A DNA stretch of 56,547 nt from Andalucia godoyi And28 (lineage: Eukaryota > Protista > Jakobida): positions 1 to 56,547 of the forward strand of contig VRVR01000024.1 in assembly GCA_009859145.1 (NCBI GenBank), written 5' to 3'. Of this stretch, positions 47,451 through 56,547 are shown in pieces. Every line of letters begins with the position of its first letter. Position 1 is the first letter of the stretch. Under the pieces are notes generated by a model that did not search any database, was not told the DNA's origin, and saw only the letters and a list, made by a program, of their open reading frames with translations. The position numbers and the translations under genes were made by a program.

Positions 47451-48533
47451 ATGTCAGTGTCCCGGTCTCCGCGTTCACCTAGGTCTCCTCCGCAACCGTC
47501 GCGGAAGAGCGTGAGTGGACCGGATGCAGATGTGTATTTTGCAGCGTCGCTTGATGAGCAGTTGCACGCGTTTCGGCAGGGGATGCTTGGATCGTATCGA
47601 GATTTTAAAGAGCGGTTGCAGGCTGAAGAAGAAGACAAGTGGAATATGGAGCGCTGGCGAATTGAGGATCGTCTCGTGCAGCTTGAAGATGAGAATACAG
47701 ATCTCAAAGCTCGGCTTGCGGATGCTGAGCGCGAGTTCCAGATGGCTGACTACAAGCTGGACTCGTCGTTTATTTTTATTCGTACTTTGAAGAAAAAGGA
47801 ACGAAAGGCGGCGGCGTTTGCGGCGTGGAAGCAATGGGTGGCTGAGCGCAAGCAGCGGAAACTTGTCGGAAACCTCGCTCGAGCACACGGTGAGCAGCTC
47901 GCAATTCGGAAGGCGTTCAGCGAGTGGCGGTCCGACGCGTATCTGAGCAGAAAGGAGCGGTCAGAAGAGCTCTGGATGGCGAGGCTGGATCTTGCGGGAA
48001 CGAAAATGCAAAAGGAGTACGAAGAGAAGATTGCGGGATTGGAACGAAAACTGGCAGAGGCTCGAGCCGAAATTGAAGTCGGGCTCAGACACAAGTTGCG
48101 CTTGGAAGACAATCTCAAAAAGGCGTTCATGCGAGGCGTGTGTGCGCTCAATATGGAGGCAATGAGCATTCTGAGAGAGAATTCTCCACAGGGAGCAGGA
48201 GCAGGAACGGGAGGAGGAGCCGACAGTGAAAACATGTTTGGCGGCGAAGAAGGCTTGGTACTTGCACAGCTGACCACCGAGAAGATCGCACAGCAAATGA
48301 CGCATCCTTCCGCCGCTGCACACAGCCATCCTCTCAGCCAACAGACCGTGCGGAGACCCGCTTCTGGATCTGCGGCCACCGGCATGACTACAGGGATGGG
48401 TATGGGTGCGAGTATGGGTGCGGGTACCGTCCCGATGAGACCGCGATTGGTCGCCGGTTCTGCAGCCGTCACCGCCGGAATGGCCCAGACAGCAACATCC
48501 GCACCGGCTGCTCGGGTAGTTCGCCACCGATAA
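47451..48533 (+). CDS. POC5: Centriolar protein POC5
   Basis: Signature LKKAFMRGVCALNMEAM; Sfi1-like centrin-binding repeats AFAAWKQW and KAFSEWRS; coiled coil. Confidence 0.88.
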   Translation: MSVSRSPRSPRSPPQPSRKSVSGPDADVYFAASLDEQLHAFRQGMLGSYRDFKERLQAEEEDKWNMERWRIEDRLVQLEDENTDLKARLADAEREFQMADYKLDSSFIFIRTLKKKERKAAAFAAWKQWVAERKQRKLVGNLARAHGEQLAIRKAFSEWRSDAYLSRKERSEELWMARLDLAGTKMQKEYEEKIAGLERKLAEARAEIEVGLRHKLRLEDNLKKAFMRGVCALNMEAMSILRENSPQGAGAGTGGGADSENMFGGEEGLVLAQLTTEKIAQQMTHPSAAAHSHPLSQQTVRRPASGSAATGMTTGMGMGASMGAGTVPMRPRLVAGSAAVTAGMAQTATSAPAARVVRHR

Positions 48534-48858
48534 ATTCCCTCGACAGAAGGAAAAGGGAAGACCGTCAGCAATGCTGATTTTCCGTGTCAGCAAGAACGAA
48601 AATCTCAGACTAACGAAAAAACATCCATCATGTGCAGTGTTAATTAAAAAAGCCCAGATTACAGTTAATCACGAAGTGTCTAGAACAATTTTAATGGTTT
48701 CAATATGAAACTCTGTTGACGAAAAATAATAACGTTCGGTTTTCTTCTTCTTCTTCTTCTTCTGCTGTACATTGAGTGCGGAACGCACGCATGAACGTCT
48801 GCGTGCGCAAATGCAAATGGAAATAAAAATGGAGACCACTGATCAGAAAAAGAGAAGG

Positions 48859-50652
48859 CTAGGTGCTGGACTGAAGTGCAGACAGCGCCATGGGCAACGC
48901 TATGCGCTTCATGATTTCCAGAGTCTTTCGAGACCTTGCCAGCTCTTCTTGGGCAACATGAGAAATCCAGAGAGACAGTACGGCATCCACGACAGCGTCT
49001 TCCTGCACAGTTTCCACGAGTGCCTCTGGTCCAACACGGGAAAGCGTTGGAGCGACAACCATACAGTCGATGATGGTATTCGCAATCTCCCGCGATGTCG
49101 CTGCACGATAATACTCGTCGATGGATTCGTCGACTGCGGCTTCAACGGCACTTGCGAGGATGCCGCGCACAATGGGTTCCATGATCTGGTCTGCGTATAG
49201 AATCCAAAAGAGCCAGTCTCGCTCTGTCCAGCCGAGGACTTTTGGAGACTGTGTAAAGAAGAACGACTGTGCCTTTTCCATTCTGGCGTAATGTTCCTTC
49301 GTAGAGGCGACGGAATGCTGCAGCCACAGATGCGGTGCATCCAGCGGTCGAAGCACAGGGCCGGCTGCACGAACCGACACACGGTCAAACAGTCGCCCGA
49401 CAGAGGAGTCAAGCGGAGGCCCATTCCACCTCCCATTTCCAACTGCCTTTCCTTTTTCCTCGTCGCCCAACATCGACATTGCTTGGACTTTCTGCACGTG
49501 GAAGTCCAGTTTGAATCGCAGTGCGATCACATCCAAAAACATCGGCTTCAAAAGCTCATCAACCACGGATGCGATCAGCCTGTCTGCTAACGCACTGCAG
49601 CGATCATACATCGTCTCTTCGTAATGGTGGTGGTTCTTCGGTGACGGTTTCATTCCAGACCCATTCGCAGCCTTTGGAACGGGTACGAGCTCTCTCGATT
49701 GAGACTGGCGTGTATACACTTGTTGCATGTATCGACGGGGCGATACGGAAGACGATTTTGGCGGTGCCGACGGAACGAGTGCAGTAACCGTCTGCCTTGC
49801 AGTACTTGCAGACCGCAGAGCCTTTCGGCAGGCATACCCTCTCCAGATCCGCTGAATGTCGGCTGCCGCACCATTGAGCACAATTTTGATTCGATCCTGC
49901 AGCAACTCTTTTCCCGCCGTGCCTCTGCTCAACCCCCGATCGCCGTCACCATAATAAAGACTGTTATTGCTATTTCCGGCTCTTTTTCTGGGATCTATTT
50001 CCGCCACCTGCTCTGCGTGTGCTTGCGGATGCATTGATATGGAAGGAAACGGCAGGTAGTGATGATGTGGATGAGGAGGAGGAGGGTGATGAGGAAGAGG
50101 AGGATACATTGGAGACATCGACATCACCATCGGATAAGGAGCATGCTGCGGCTGCATCGGATAGCCCTGCATCATTTGCAATGGAAACGACAAGTGAGAA
50201 TACGAAGACGGAGCTGGCGGAGGCAATGGCGCATACATCGGGTGCAATTGACTTGGGTGAGCAGGACTGTACATTTGCGGCGGCAACAACGATCCACCAT
50301 CAAAATCATATGGACCCTGGCTGCGACTTGGAAGATGAAGCGAGTGGTTTTCATCCGGATACGGCGCCATGAGCTCCGCCAGCCTGCTTCTCCAATTGCG
50401 ACTGGAATTGTCCGCAACCGCAGACTGCGACGTTGATCGCGGCCGCGTCTGCTGCTTCGAATCATGCACAGAATACACGTTTCCCCGAGCATGGCCGCCG
50501 CCACCAACAACCGCAGGCTGTGACTTTGACGTCGTTAGAATCGGCGGAAACTGCACAGCATCCTCTTCATCCGCACCCGAGAACGACACCGACCGCCGCT
50601 TCGATGACGCATACTGCTGCGGGTGGCTGCGCGGCGAAACGTGCGGAAACAT
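48859..50652 (-). CDS. IQ-motif protein of unknown function
   Basis: IQ motif AADIQRIWRGYACRKAL; Pro/His/Met-rich N-half; helical-looking C-half. First ATG at 50652; 50664 is TTG. Confidence 0.65.
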   Translation of the reverse strand: MFPHVSPRSHPQQYASSKRRSVSFSGADEEDAVQFPPILTTSKSQPAVVGGGGHARGNVYSVHDSKQQTRPRSTSQSAVADNSSRNWRSRLAELMAPYPDENHSLHLPSRSQGPYDFDGGSLLPPQMYSPAHPSQLHPMYAPLPPPAPSSYSHLSFPLQMMQGYPMQPQHAPYPMVMSMSPMYPPLPHHPPPPHPHHHYLPFPSISMHPQAHAEQVAEIDPRKRAGNSNNSLYYGDGDRGLSRGTAGKELLQDRIKIVLNGAAADIQRIWRGYACRKALRSASTARQTVTALVPSAPPKSSSVSPRRYMQQVYTRQSQSRELVPVPKAANGSGMKPSPKNHHHYEETMYDRCSALADRLIASVVDELLKPMFLDVIALRFKLDFHVQKVQAMSMLGDEEKGKAVGNGRWNGPPLDSSVGRLFDRVSVRAAGPVLRPLDAPHLWLQHSVASTKEHYARMEKAQSFFFTQSPKVLGWTERDWLFWILYADQIMEPIVRGILASAVEAAVDESIDEYYRAATSREIANTIIDCMVVAPTLSRVGPEALVETVQEDAVVDAVLSLWISHVAQEELARSRKTLEIMKRIALPMALSALQSST

Positions 50653-51037
50653 CTTCCCAACCAAACAAAACCAAAAAAATTATTTATTTATTTATTTATT
50701 TAAAAATGAAGGGGAGAAGGAAAAAACTGGAATTTTTCAATATCACTTCGTTCAACACACTTATGAAACGAATGGATACGACGAGGAAAAAACGAAAGGA
50801 GCCGCATCTACGATGGACAGATAAAGAATCGTTGAGTACACTTGAGGCACTGCACCACCGGCTGTACATTAAATCAAAACAGACAAAGCACGCGAGCCTC
50901 CATTGTTTGGAGGTTTTGGGAGCGCGTGGTTTTTCAGAGGATTGGGAGAAAAGCGGGTTGAGAGAAAAGCGGGTTGGAAGAAAAGCGGGTTGGAGTGTGC
51001 GGGCGAGAAGGGGACAGAAAGACAGGTGACAAGAGAG

Positions 51038-51511
51038 ATGAGTGATGATTTTCTGGATGCATTGATGGAGGCTGAGCAGCGTGCGCTTTCCCGAGGTTCA
51101 GAGGCAGGTCGGCACGAAGGGATTGTGTCTGGGTTTCCGGACGGGCTGTCGATTGGACTACGACAGGGATATCAATGCGGGCTTGATGTGGGGCGCGGAG
51201 CAGCTCTCGCGGCGCTGCTTCCCGTGATGCTCCGGACAGACCGGATGGACCATCCATCTACAGCAGATGCGACGGCGAGTGGCTTGTCAGGTCGACAAAT
51301 GACGACACTGCACCGATTGGGAGAAAGTGCCCGCCGGACTCCGATTGGCGATCCGACGAACGAGCAGGTGCTTGGGTTGCTTGCAGAGGTGAAGAGACTG
51401 CTGAAGCTCGTGCTTGTTGCAAATGGCTCTCCAAGGGCCTTCCACCCTTTGTCTGCTGCATCGGAATGCGCAGATCGCACCACCGGTCGTCTGCAATCGA
51501 CGGAATTCTGA
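51038..51511 (+). CDS. LTO1: LTO1/ORAOV1-like CIA adaptor (Yae1/Lto1 family)
   Basis: FLDALMEAE followed by a deca-GX3-like glycine periodicity (GSEAGRHEGIVSGFPDGLSIGLRQGYQCGLDVG); C-terminal aromatic residue (TEF). Confidence 0.7.
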   Translation: MSDDFLDALMEAEQRALSRGSEAGRHEGIVSGFPDGLSIGLRQGYQCGLDVGRGAALAALLPVMLRTDRMDHPSTADATASGLSGRQMTTLHRLGESARRTPIGDPTNEQVLGLLAEVKRLLKLVLVANGSPRAFHPLSAASECADRTTGRLQSTEF

Positions 51512-51792
51512 GACTCGCCGTCTCGCCCTGCGGTTGCTTGTTTGCTGCTGTTGTGTTCTTGTTTTCTTTTGGGCCCATCCTGGCCCATCCACTGTAGGTG
51601 GTTCCGAACATCGTGCTTCGGGTGCATTATGTATTGTGCAATTTTCCAGAGCATTCAATTGAGTTCGGAGGCTTTGTGTTCTTATTATTATTTTTTTTGC
51701 GTATTTTGTATTTTGGTAATTGATAATAATGAATAACTAAGATAATTGTTACTAGTACAAATTTTGGGCGTGGCGTGGCGTGGTGTGGCGTG

Positions 51793-52422
51793 ATGAGTGA
51801 GGGCGGTGGATTTAGCACGTCTTCGGGCTCGAGTGGTGGGGATGCAAAGGCGAATGCGGTGGTTGTCAAGGTTGGGATGCTCGGAGACGCGCAGGTTGGA
51901 AAAACGTCGTTGATGGTCAAGTATGTTGAGAACACGTTTGATGAGGATTACATTGAGACGCTTGGAGTGAACTTCATGGAGAAGACGATCAATCTGCGCA
52001 ACAACGAAATCACGTTTATGATTTGGGATCTCGGAGGCCAAAAGGAGTTTTCAAGCATGCTGCCGTTGGTGTGTAACGAGGCTGTGGCACTGCTCTTCAT
52101 GTTTGATCTCTCGAGAAAAACATCGCTAGTCAGCATCAAGGAATGGTATCGCCAGTCCAGACAATACAACAAGACGGCAATCCCGTTTCTCATCGGAACA
52201 AAGTACGATGTCTTTGCGGAAATGCCGGCAAAGGAACAGGAAGACATCACAGACCAGGCAAGAAAGTACGCAAAGGTCATGAAGGCTCCCCTCATCTTTT
52301 GCTCTGCGTCGCACGCAATCAATGTACAGAAAATTTTCAAAATCGTCCTCTCAAAGGTATTCGATCTGAAGACAACGATCGAGCAAATCTCGCAAACCGG
52401 CGAGCCTATCCTCGAGTACTAA
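51793..52422 (+). CDS. SPG1: Spg1/Tem1 small GTPase (SIN/MEN)
   Basis: GDAQVGKTSLMVKYV; DEDYIETLGVNFMEK; IWDLGGQKEFSSMLPLVCNEA; FMFDLSRK; GTKYD; IFCSASHAINVQKIFKIVLSKVFDL. Confidence 0.95.
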   Translation: MSEGGGFSTSSGSSGGDAKANAVVVKVGMLGDAQVGKTSLMVKYVENTFDEDYIETLGVNFMEKTINLRNNEITFMIWDLGGQKEFSSMLPLVCNEAVALLFMFDLSRKTSLVSIKEWYRQSRQYNKTAIPFLIGTKYDVFAEMPAKEQEDITDQARKYAKVMKAPLIFCSASHAINVQKIFKIVLSKVFDLKTTIEQISQTGEPILEY

Positions 52423-52660
52423 TCGGAATGATCCCCATGCAAAGAAAGAAAACAAGAATAACGCGTCCTCAACACAAGAAGAAGAAAGAAAGAAAGAAAG
52501 AAACGGACGTGTCGTTATTCCGCCTCTCTTTCTTTCTCTTCTCCCCGTATCTATCCTTTCGAACTCCCACAAATAACAAATAAACGAACCAACGAGGTAA
52601 ATAAAAACAAGGTGCATGCTGCGTTTGTTGAGGACGTTATTATGTTATTTACGCGTGCGA

Positions 52661-54310
52661 TTACGATGGAGGGTCTTCGTCCGGGGCTGCCTTTCGAATC
52701 GATGGAATTGTCGGGTGTGATGCGGGCGGTCCGGACGGAGAGAGATGCGACGACCCACTTGTTCCTTTGTGGAGTGTCGCCGCGGGAATGCTGACGGCGG
52801 GAGCAACCGAATTCGACTGGGCGTGAGCGACAACGCCGTTCACGGGTTGCTGAAAACTTGGGAGCTGGTGGAGTGCAGGAGTCTGCAATGTAAGCTGGAC
52901 ATTCTGAGAAGCCGATGCCGCCTTCGACCCTGCAACGGCCACCGCAGGGACGGCGGCAGGCTGCGTGGCCGATGCAACTTTGCGTACGGCCTTTCTTTTC
53001 GGTTCTTCAGCAGCCGTCGTGTCGGTGCTTGGCTTGGCTCTTTTTCTAGCATTCGTTACCGAGGCGGCGGCTGTTGCAGGGGTGGCGGTGACCGAGGCGG
53101 CGGGCGGCGTGACGGCTGAAGAAGAGGATAGCGTAGACGGCTTTTTTGAGTCGGCTCCGAGCGCCACGTCAAGATACTGCGGGATGTACGTTGCGACGTC
53201 TCGAGGACCCTTTGCCATGGCCACGACCCGCAAGACAACTGCGTCGAACGGGTTCACCGACCATCGAGAAAAGAGTGTCTTGAACTGCGACTCGGTAACC
53301 AGCAGTGACTTTTTGTGCATGTCGAGGAGCACCGAGAGCAGGTTCGCGTGCTGCTCATGAGACACGTATGGCTCACCATAGAGTGTCAGCGACGCAGGCG
53401 GCGCAGGCTTCGCAGTTGCAGCTGGTCCAGTCACGGCCGTGGTGGTTGCAGGAGTGGAGGAGGAAATTGTAGACAACGTAGTCGCAGAAGGCACAGCTTT
53501 CGCGACCGATCCTGCTTTGGACGCAGCCACAGTTGCACTACCAGGTGCAGACCTTTTCTCCTTGTCCTTGTCCTTGTCCTTGTCCTTGTCCTTGTCCTTG
53601 TCCTTGTCCTTGTCGGTCTTGGCCTGCTTCACATTCACAGGCAGCTCCTTTTCCTTTTCCTTTTCCTTTTCCTTTTCCTTTTCCTTTTCCTTGTCTCTGT
53701 TTTGCCTCTTTGCAAGCGGATCATTCGACCACTCGGGCTTGAACGTCTCCACCATGGACTTGAAATTAGAAAACTGCGATGGATTGTGGCGATCCACGAT
53801 CCACATCCACTCGTACCGGACGACCTTTGGCCCACCGAGCCACTGCGAAGGAGTCTGGAAAACACGATCTGTGCCCTTCTCTCGAATCCGATTATCCGCT
53901 GTCAACACCCCGCTTATCCGCGTCTCTAGCTTCGGCTCTGGGAAATAGACAATCTCATCGCCAGACAGAATCAGCGACTTTTGCCGAAGGATTTCGATCC
54001 ACGACAGAAATTTTGTTGCATTCGACGCTCTGTCCTTTTCCGCCGCATCTCTTGCTTCTTTGGCCCTCTCCCTCTCCCTCTCCCTCTCCCTCTCCTTGTC
54101 CTTGTCCTTGTCCTTGGTAGACGACGAGGCAGCAGTGGACAGAGTTGGAGTCGCAATGCTACTGCTGCTACTGTTCGCAATCACGGAAGCAGCCATTTTG
54201 GAGTCCAGTGACGAAGGTTTGCTGTACAAGTTGATACTCGAAGGAAACGGCTTTGCTTGTTGTGACGACAGAGAAAACGTAAGCTCATCGTCCTCTTCAA
54301 ACTGATCCAT
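52661..54310 (-). CDS. Low-complexity nuclear-type protein with a RAMA-like domain and a second small helical domain
   Basis: Globular segment LRQKSLILSGD...SGVLTADNRIREKGTDRVFQTPSQW; DK, ER and EK dipeptide repeats; basic NLS-like RKRAK and KRKAVRK. First ATG at 54310. Confidence 0.6.
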   Translation of the reverse strand: MDQFEEDDELTFSLSSQQAKPFPSSINLYSKPSSLDSKMAASVIANSSSSSIATPTLSTAASSSTKDKDKDKERERERERERAKEARDAAEKDRASNATKFLSWIEILRQKSLILSGDEIVYFPEPKLETRISGVLTADNRIREKGTDRVFQTPSQWLGGPKVVRYEWMWIVDRHNPSQFSNFKSMVETFKPEWSNDPLAKRQNRDKEKEKEKEKEKEKEKELPVNVKQAKTDKDKDKDKDKDKDKDKDKEKRSAPGSATVAASKAGSVAKAVPSATTLSTISSSTPATTTAVTGPAATAKPAPPASLTLYGEPYVSHEQHANLLSVLLDMHKKSLLVTESQFKTLFSRWSVNPFDAVVLRVVAMAKGPRDVATYIPQYLDVALGADSKKPSTLSSSSAVTPPAASVTATPATAAASVTNARKRAKPSTDTTAAEEPKRKAVRKVASATQPAAVPAVAVAGSKAASASQNVQLTLQTPALHQLPSFQQPVNGVVAHAQSNSVAPAVSIPAATLHKGTSGSSHLSPSGPPASHPTIPSIRKAAPDEDPPS

Positions 54311-54764
54311 CACACAACGCTTCACCCAATGATGTGGTATCGTCACCCTCGCGCGCAGCAGATCGATGTCAATCTTTTCCGTCCCGCGCCTTTTTTAGTT
54401 TTTTTTTCTTCCACCAATTCAACCAACAACAAGGAGACGCGTATGAACAGTGGTAGTGTTCGTATTGGTCTGTTGTTCTCTTTTTCTTTTTTCTTTTTTC
54501 TTTCTTCTTTTCTGTTGTGGTGGTAATGAATGGACAAACGGCGAAAAGCTATGAAAAGAAAAAAGTCTGTGTCTTTCGGGCCGGACGGCGGGATTCTGAA
54601 TGGACAGGCGGGATGTCGACAGCTGCCGACTCTTTAAAAAGCTGCTGTTGATTCTTTGAGACTGGGAATACGAGGGGGAAGGGGAAGAAACCGATTTAAT
54701 TATGGTGATGAGCCCTAAGTCCGTCCTCCGATCTGCTTTTTTGTTTTAATTACGCTGCAAACCC

Positions 54765-54829
54765 GCTAGGGTTATTTCGTCTCCACTAGAAATAGTCTGC
54801 ATCGACTGCTGGTCTTCTTGCTAGGGTTA
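54765..54829 (+). promoter_or_regulatory. Two GCTAGGGTTA telobox-like elements upstream of RPS5
   Basis: Identical 10-mers at 54765-54774 and 54820-54829, about 150-220 bp upstream of ATG 54983. The core resembles the telomere repeat TTAGGG. Confidence 0.4.
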
Positions 54830-54982
54830 CGGGCGCAGTCTTTTTCTTCCTCTCATGCTCATCCATTTCCCAGCCTTTTTCCCCCCACCTCGAATAATTG
54901 GATTCTCTTTTCTCTTTTGCTTTTTCTTCTTTGCAGTCCTGTCTCTCTTTCGTTTTCCTTTTTGTTGCTTTGCGATTGCACA

Positions 54983-55558
54983 ATGGCTACCCAGGACATT
55001 TTGTTATTTGGAAAGTGGTCTTTCGACGTTGAGGTCAGTGACCCTTCTTTGTCGGACTACATCTGCGTGAAGAGCAAGAAGGTCTACCTTCCTCACACTG
55101 CTGGTCGTTATGCCGCCAAGCGTTTCCGCAAGGCCCAGTGCCCCGTCGTCGAGCGCCTTGTGAATGCCATGATGTTCCACGGACGCAACTGCGGAAAGAA
55201 GGTGCAGGCAATGAAGATCATCGAACACACCTTGGATCTCATCCACCTTGCCACGGATCTGAACCCGCTCCAGGTTGTTGTTGATGCCATCATCAACTCT
55301 GGTCCTCGTGAAGACTCGACCCGTATCGGAACCGCCGGAGTCGTCCGTCGTCAGGCAGTCGATGTCTCGCCGCTCCGCCGAGTCAACTCTGCGCTCTATC
55401 TCATCTCCACTGGTGCCCGCCAGTCTGCCTTCCGCTCGATCAAGACCATTGCCGAGTGCCTTGCCGACGAGCTCATCAACGCATCCAAGGGATCCTCGAA
55501 CTCGTACGCCATCCGCAAGAAGGATGAGACCGAACGTGTTGCCAAGGCCAACCGATAA
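54983..55558 (+). CDS. RPS5: 40S ribosomal protein S5 (uS7)
   Basis: LLFGKWS; [25 protein letters not shown]; [10 protein letters not shown]; [13 protein letters not shown]; [21 protein letters not shown]. Confidence 0.98.
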   Translation: MATQDILLFGKWSFDVEVSDPSLSDYICVKSKKVYLPHTAGRYAAKRFRKAQCPVVERLVNAMMFHGRNCGKKVQAMKIIEHTLDLIHLATDLNPLQVVVDAIINSGPREDSTRIGTAGVVRRQAVDVSPLRRVNSALYLISTGARQSAFRSIKTIAECLADELINASKGSSNSYAIRKKDETERVAKANR

Positions 55559-55924
55559 ATCATGTTACGTTGTGTCCGGCAACCTTGTCTTTTTCCTCTC
55601 GCAAAGCTGCTGTTCCCTGTTCTTGGTATGCTCCCGTTTGTCTCTTTGCTTGCTTTTGTTCTGCATCTGGACTCTCGTCTTTCCCCAGCCGAGGAGATCC
55701 ACTTTTTGTGTGTGTGTATGTGAGAAGAGTATGCAAGATGCTTCGCGAACGGAGTTCAGTGGTCTTTGTGTTTTTGGTGCCAAATTGTGTCAAGGTTGTT
55801 CTTAGATATTAAAGGAAGAAAAATCTGGAAAAAAGCAATACAGTTTTGATCTCTGGTTTACAGGGAGGAGTGCACATCGACGCGGGCGCTCGTGGTGATT
55901 TGCCGTGTCGTGCGCTGCGTGGTC

Positions 55925-56422
55925 CTATTGCTGTTGTGCCGTTTCGGTGTGGGCAATGTTGTCGAGGAACTTTCGAATGTCATCAATTTCCTCCTGGCAC
56001 GCAGAGTGATCCATTCCTCTGTACGTCCGGAAGTCAACCTGTACGTTCTGCATTCTCTGCAGCGCTTCCTTGCTTTGCAGCCCCCATCGATACTGCACTA
56101 CTGAATCCGCGTCTCCGTGGCCCATAAACACCTTGAGAAATGCGCCGTCGGTCTTGCGCTCAGTCTGTGCAATTCTCGGCAGATACGAACTCAGTGCAAT
56201 GCATCCCCCGAGCTCGTCCTTGCTGGTCAGCGCCGAGTACAGCGCAATTGCGCCTCCTTGGCTGAACCCTCCAATGAAGATGCGGGATGTCGGAATCAGC
56301 TTCTTTTCTTCATTCACCAACGCATGCACGGCGTCCCGAGACTCTCGAAGCCCAGTCTCGTCTTCTTTGGCATCCACCGTCAGCCCTAGAATATCGTACC
56401 AAGCCGGCATGCTCATTCCAAA
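55925..56422 (-). CDS. Acyl-protein thioesterase APT1/LYPLA-like; last exon only, 5' part outside the window
   Basis: FGMSMPAWYDI; GGFSQGG (Ser); HGDADSVV (Asp); MDHSAC (His). Preceded on the minus strand by branch CACTGAC (56440-56434) and acceptor CAG (56425-56423). Confidence 0.9.
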   Translation of the reverse strand, partial: FGMSMPAWYDILGLTVDAKEDETGLRESRDAVHALVNEEKKLIPTSRIFIGGFSQGGAIALYSALTSKDELGGCIALSSYLPRIAQTERKTDGAFLKVFMGHGDADSVVQYRWGLQSKEALQRMQNVQVDFRTYRGMDHSACQEEIDDIRKFLDNIAHTETAQQQ

Positions 56423-56479
56423 CTGGAGAAGAGGTCAGTGGCAGACTCTTTTCATTTTTCGTTTTCCCATTTATCACTC

Positions 56480-56481
<2 letters not shown>

Positions 56482-56535
<54 letters not shown>

Positions 56536-56547
56536 TGTGTGTGTGTG
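56482..56547. repeat. (TG)n microsatellite inside the APT1 intron
   Basis: Dinucleotide run to the end of the window with one interruption. Confidence 0.95.

Noticed and set aside
53555-53695. (TCCTTG)n and (TTTTCC)n tandem hexamers; similar RD repeats at 35430-35560
   Set aside because: These are coding dipeptide repeats (DK, EK, RD) with no spacers, so not CRISPR or satellite elements.
54818-54982. N-terminal extensions of track ORFs for RPS5, PGI, EFHC, RBM39, Bub1, LTO1 and the transketolase
   Set aside because: They are stop-free T-rich or purine-rich UTR sequence, often from non-ATG starts; homology begins at the downstream ATGs reported.

Overview
This is gene-dense, intron-poor eukaryotic nuclear DNA in the standard genetic code; all three stop codons are used. 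EFHC/Rib72, POC5 and Spg1 point to a flagellated protist, but the taxon cannot be fixed from the sequence alone. About 28 host genes can be called: hybrid histidine kinase, CLC, EF-hand/WD40/kinase, ACSF3, GH16, NAA60-like, EFHC, CDK8-like, XPB, atypical transketolase, M16 peptidase, ABHD4/Cld1-like, SSU72, two metallothioneins, RBM39, an orphan multi-TM protein, Bub1/MadBub, Exo84, atypical PGI, a CCCH+PAM2 protein, POC5, an IQ protein, LTO1, Spg1, a RAMA-like protein, RPS5 and a partial APT1. Two mobile-element relics are missing from the supplied ORF track. (1) At 2-357 is the 3' end of a chromodomain-bearing Ty3/Gypsy element, with a PPT and a 217-bp LTR bounded by TGTTGT...ACAACA. (2) At about 7057-7455 is an internally deleted Fanzor2/IS607-TnpB-like element. 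Its N-terminal motif (RAVRIKMHPSQEQRVTLRKW) is joined out of frame to the terminal RuvC motif (IDRDWNGARNIYLKN), followed by hairpins where an omegaRNA scaffold is expected. This candidate protein-less guide-RNA ('ghost') locus is the most interesting signal. Also notable are a 36-Cys metallothionein built from four 9-Cys modules, a RAMA-like putative 6mA reader, and PGI and transketolase of non-canonical, bacterial-looking types. All family assignments come from motif recognition by eye; no database searches were run.
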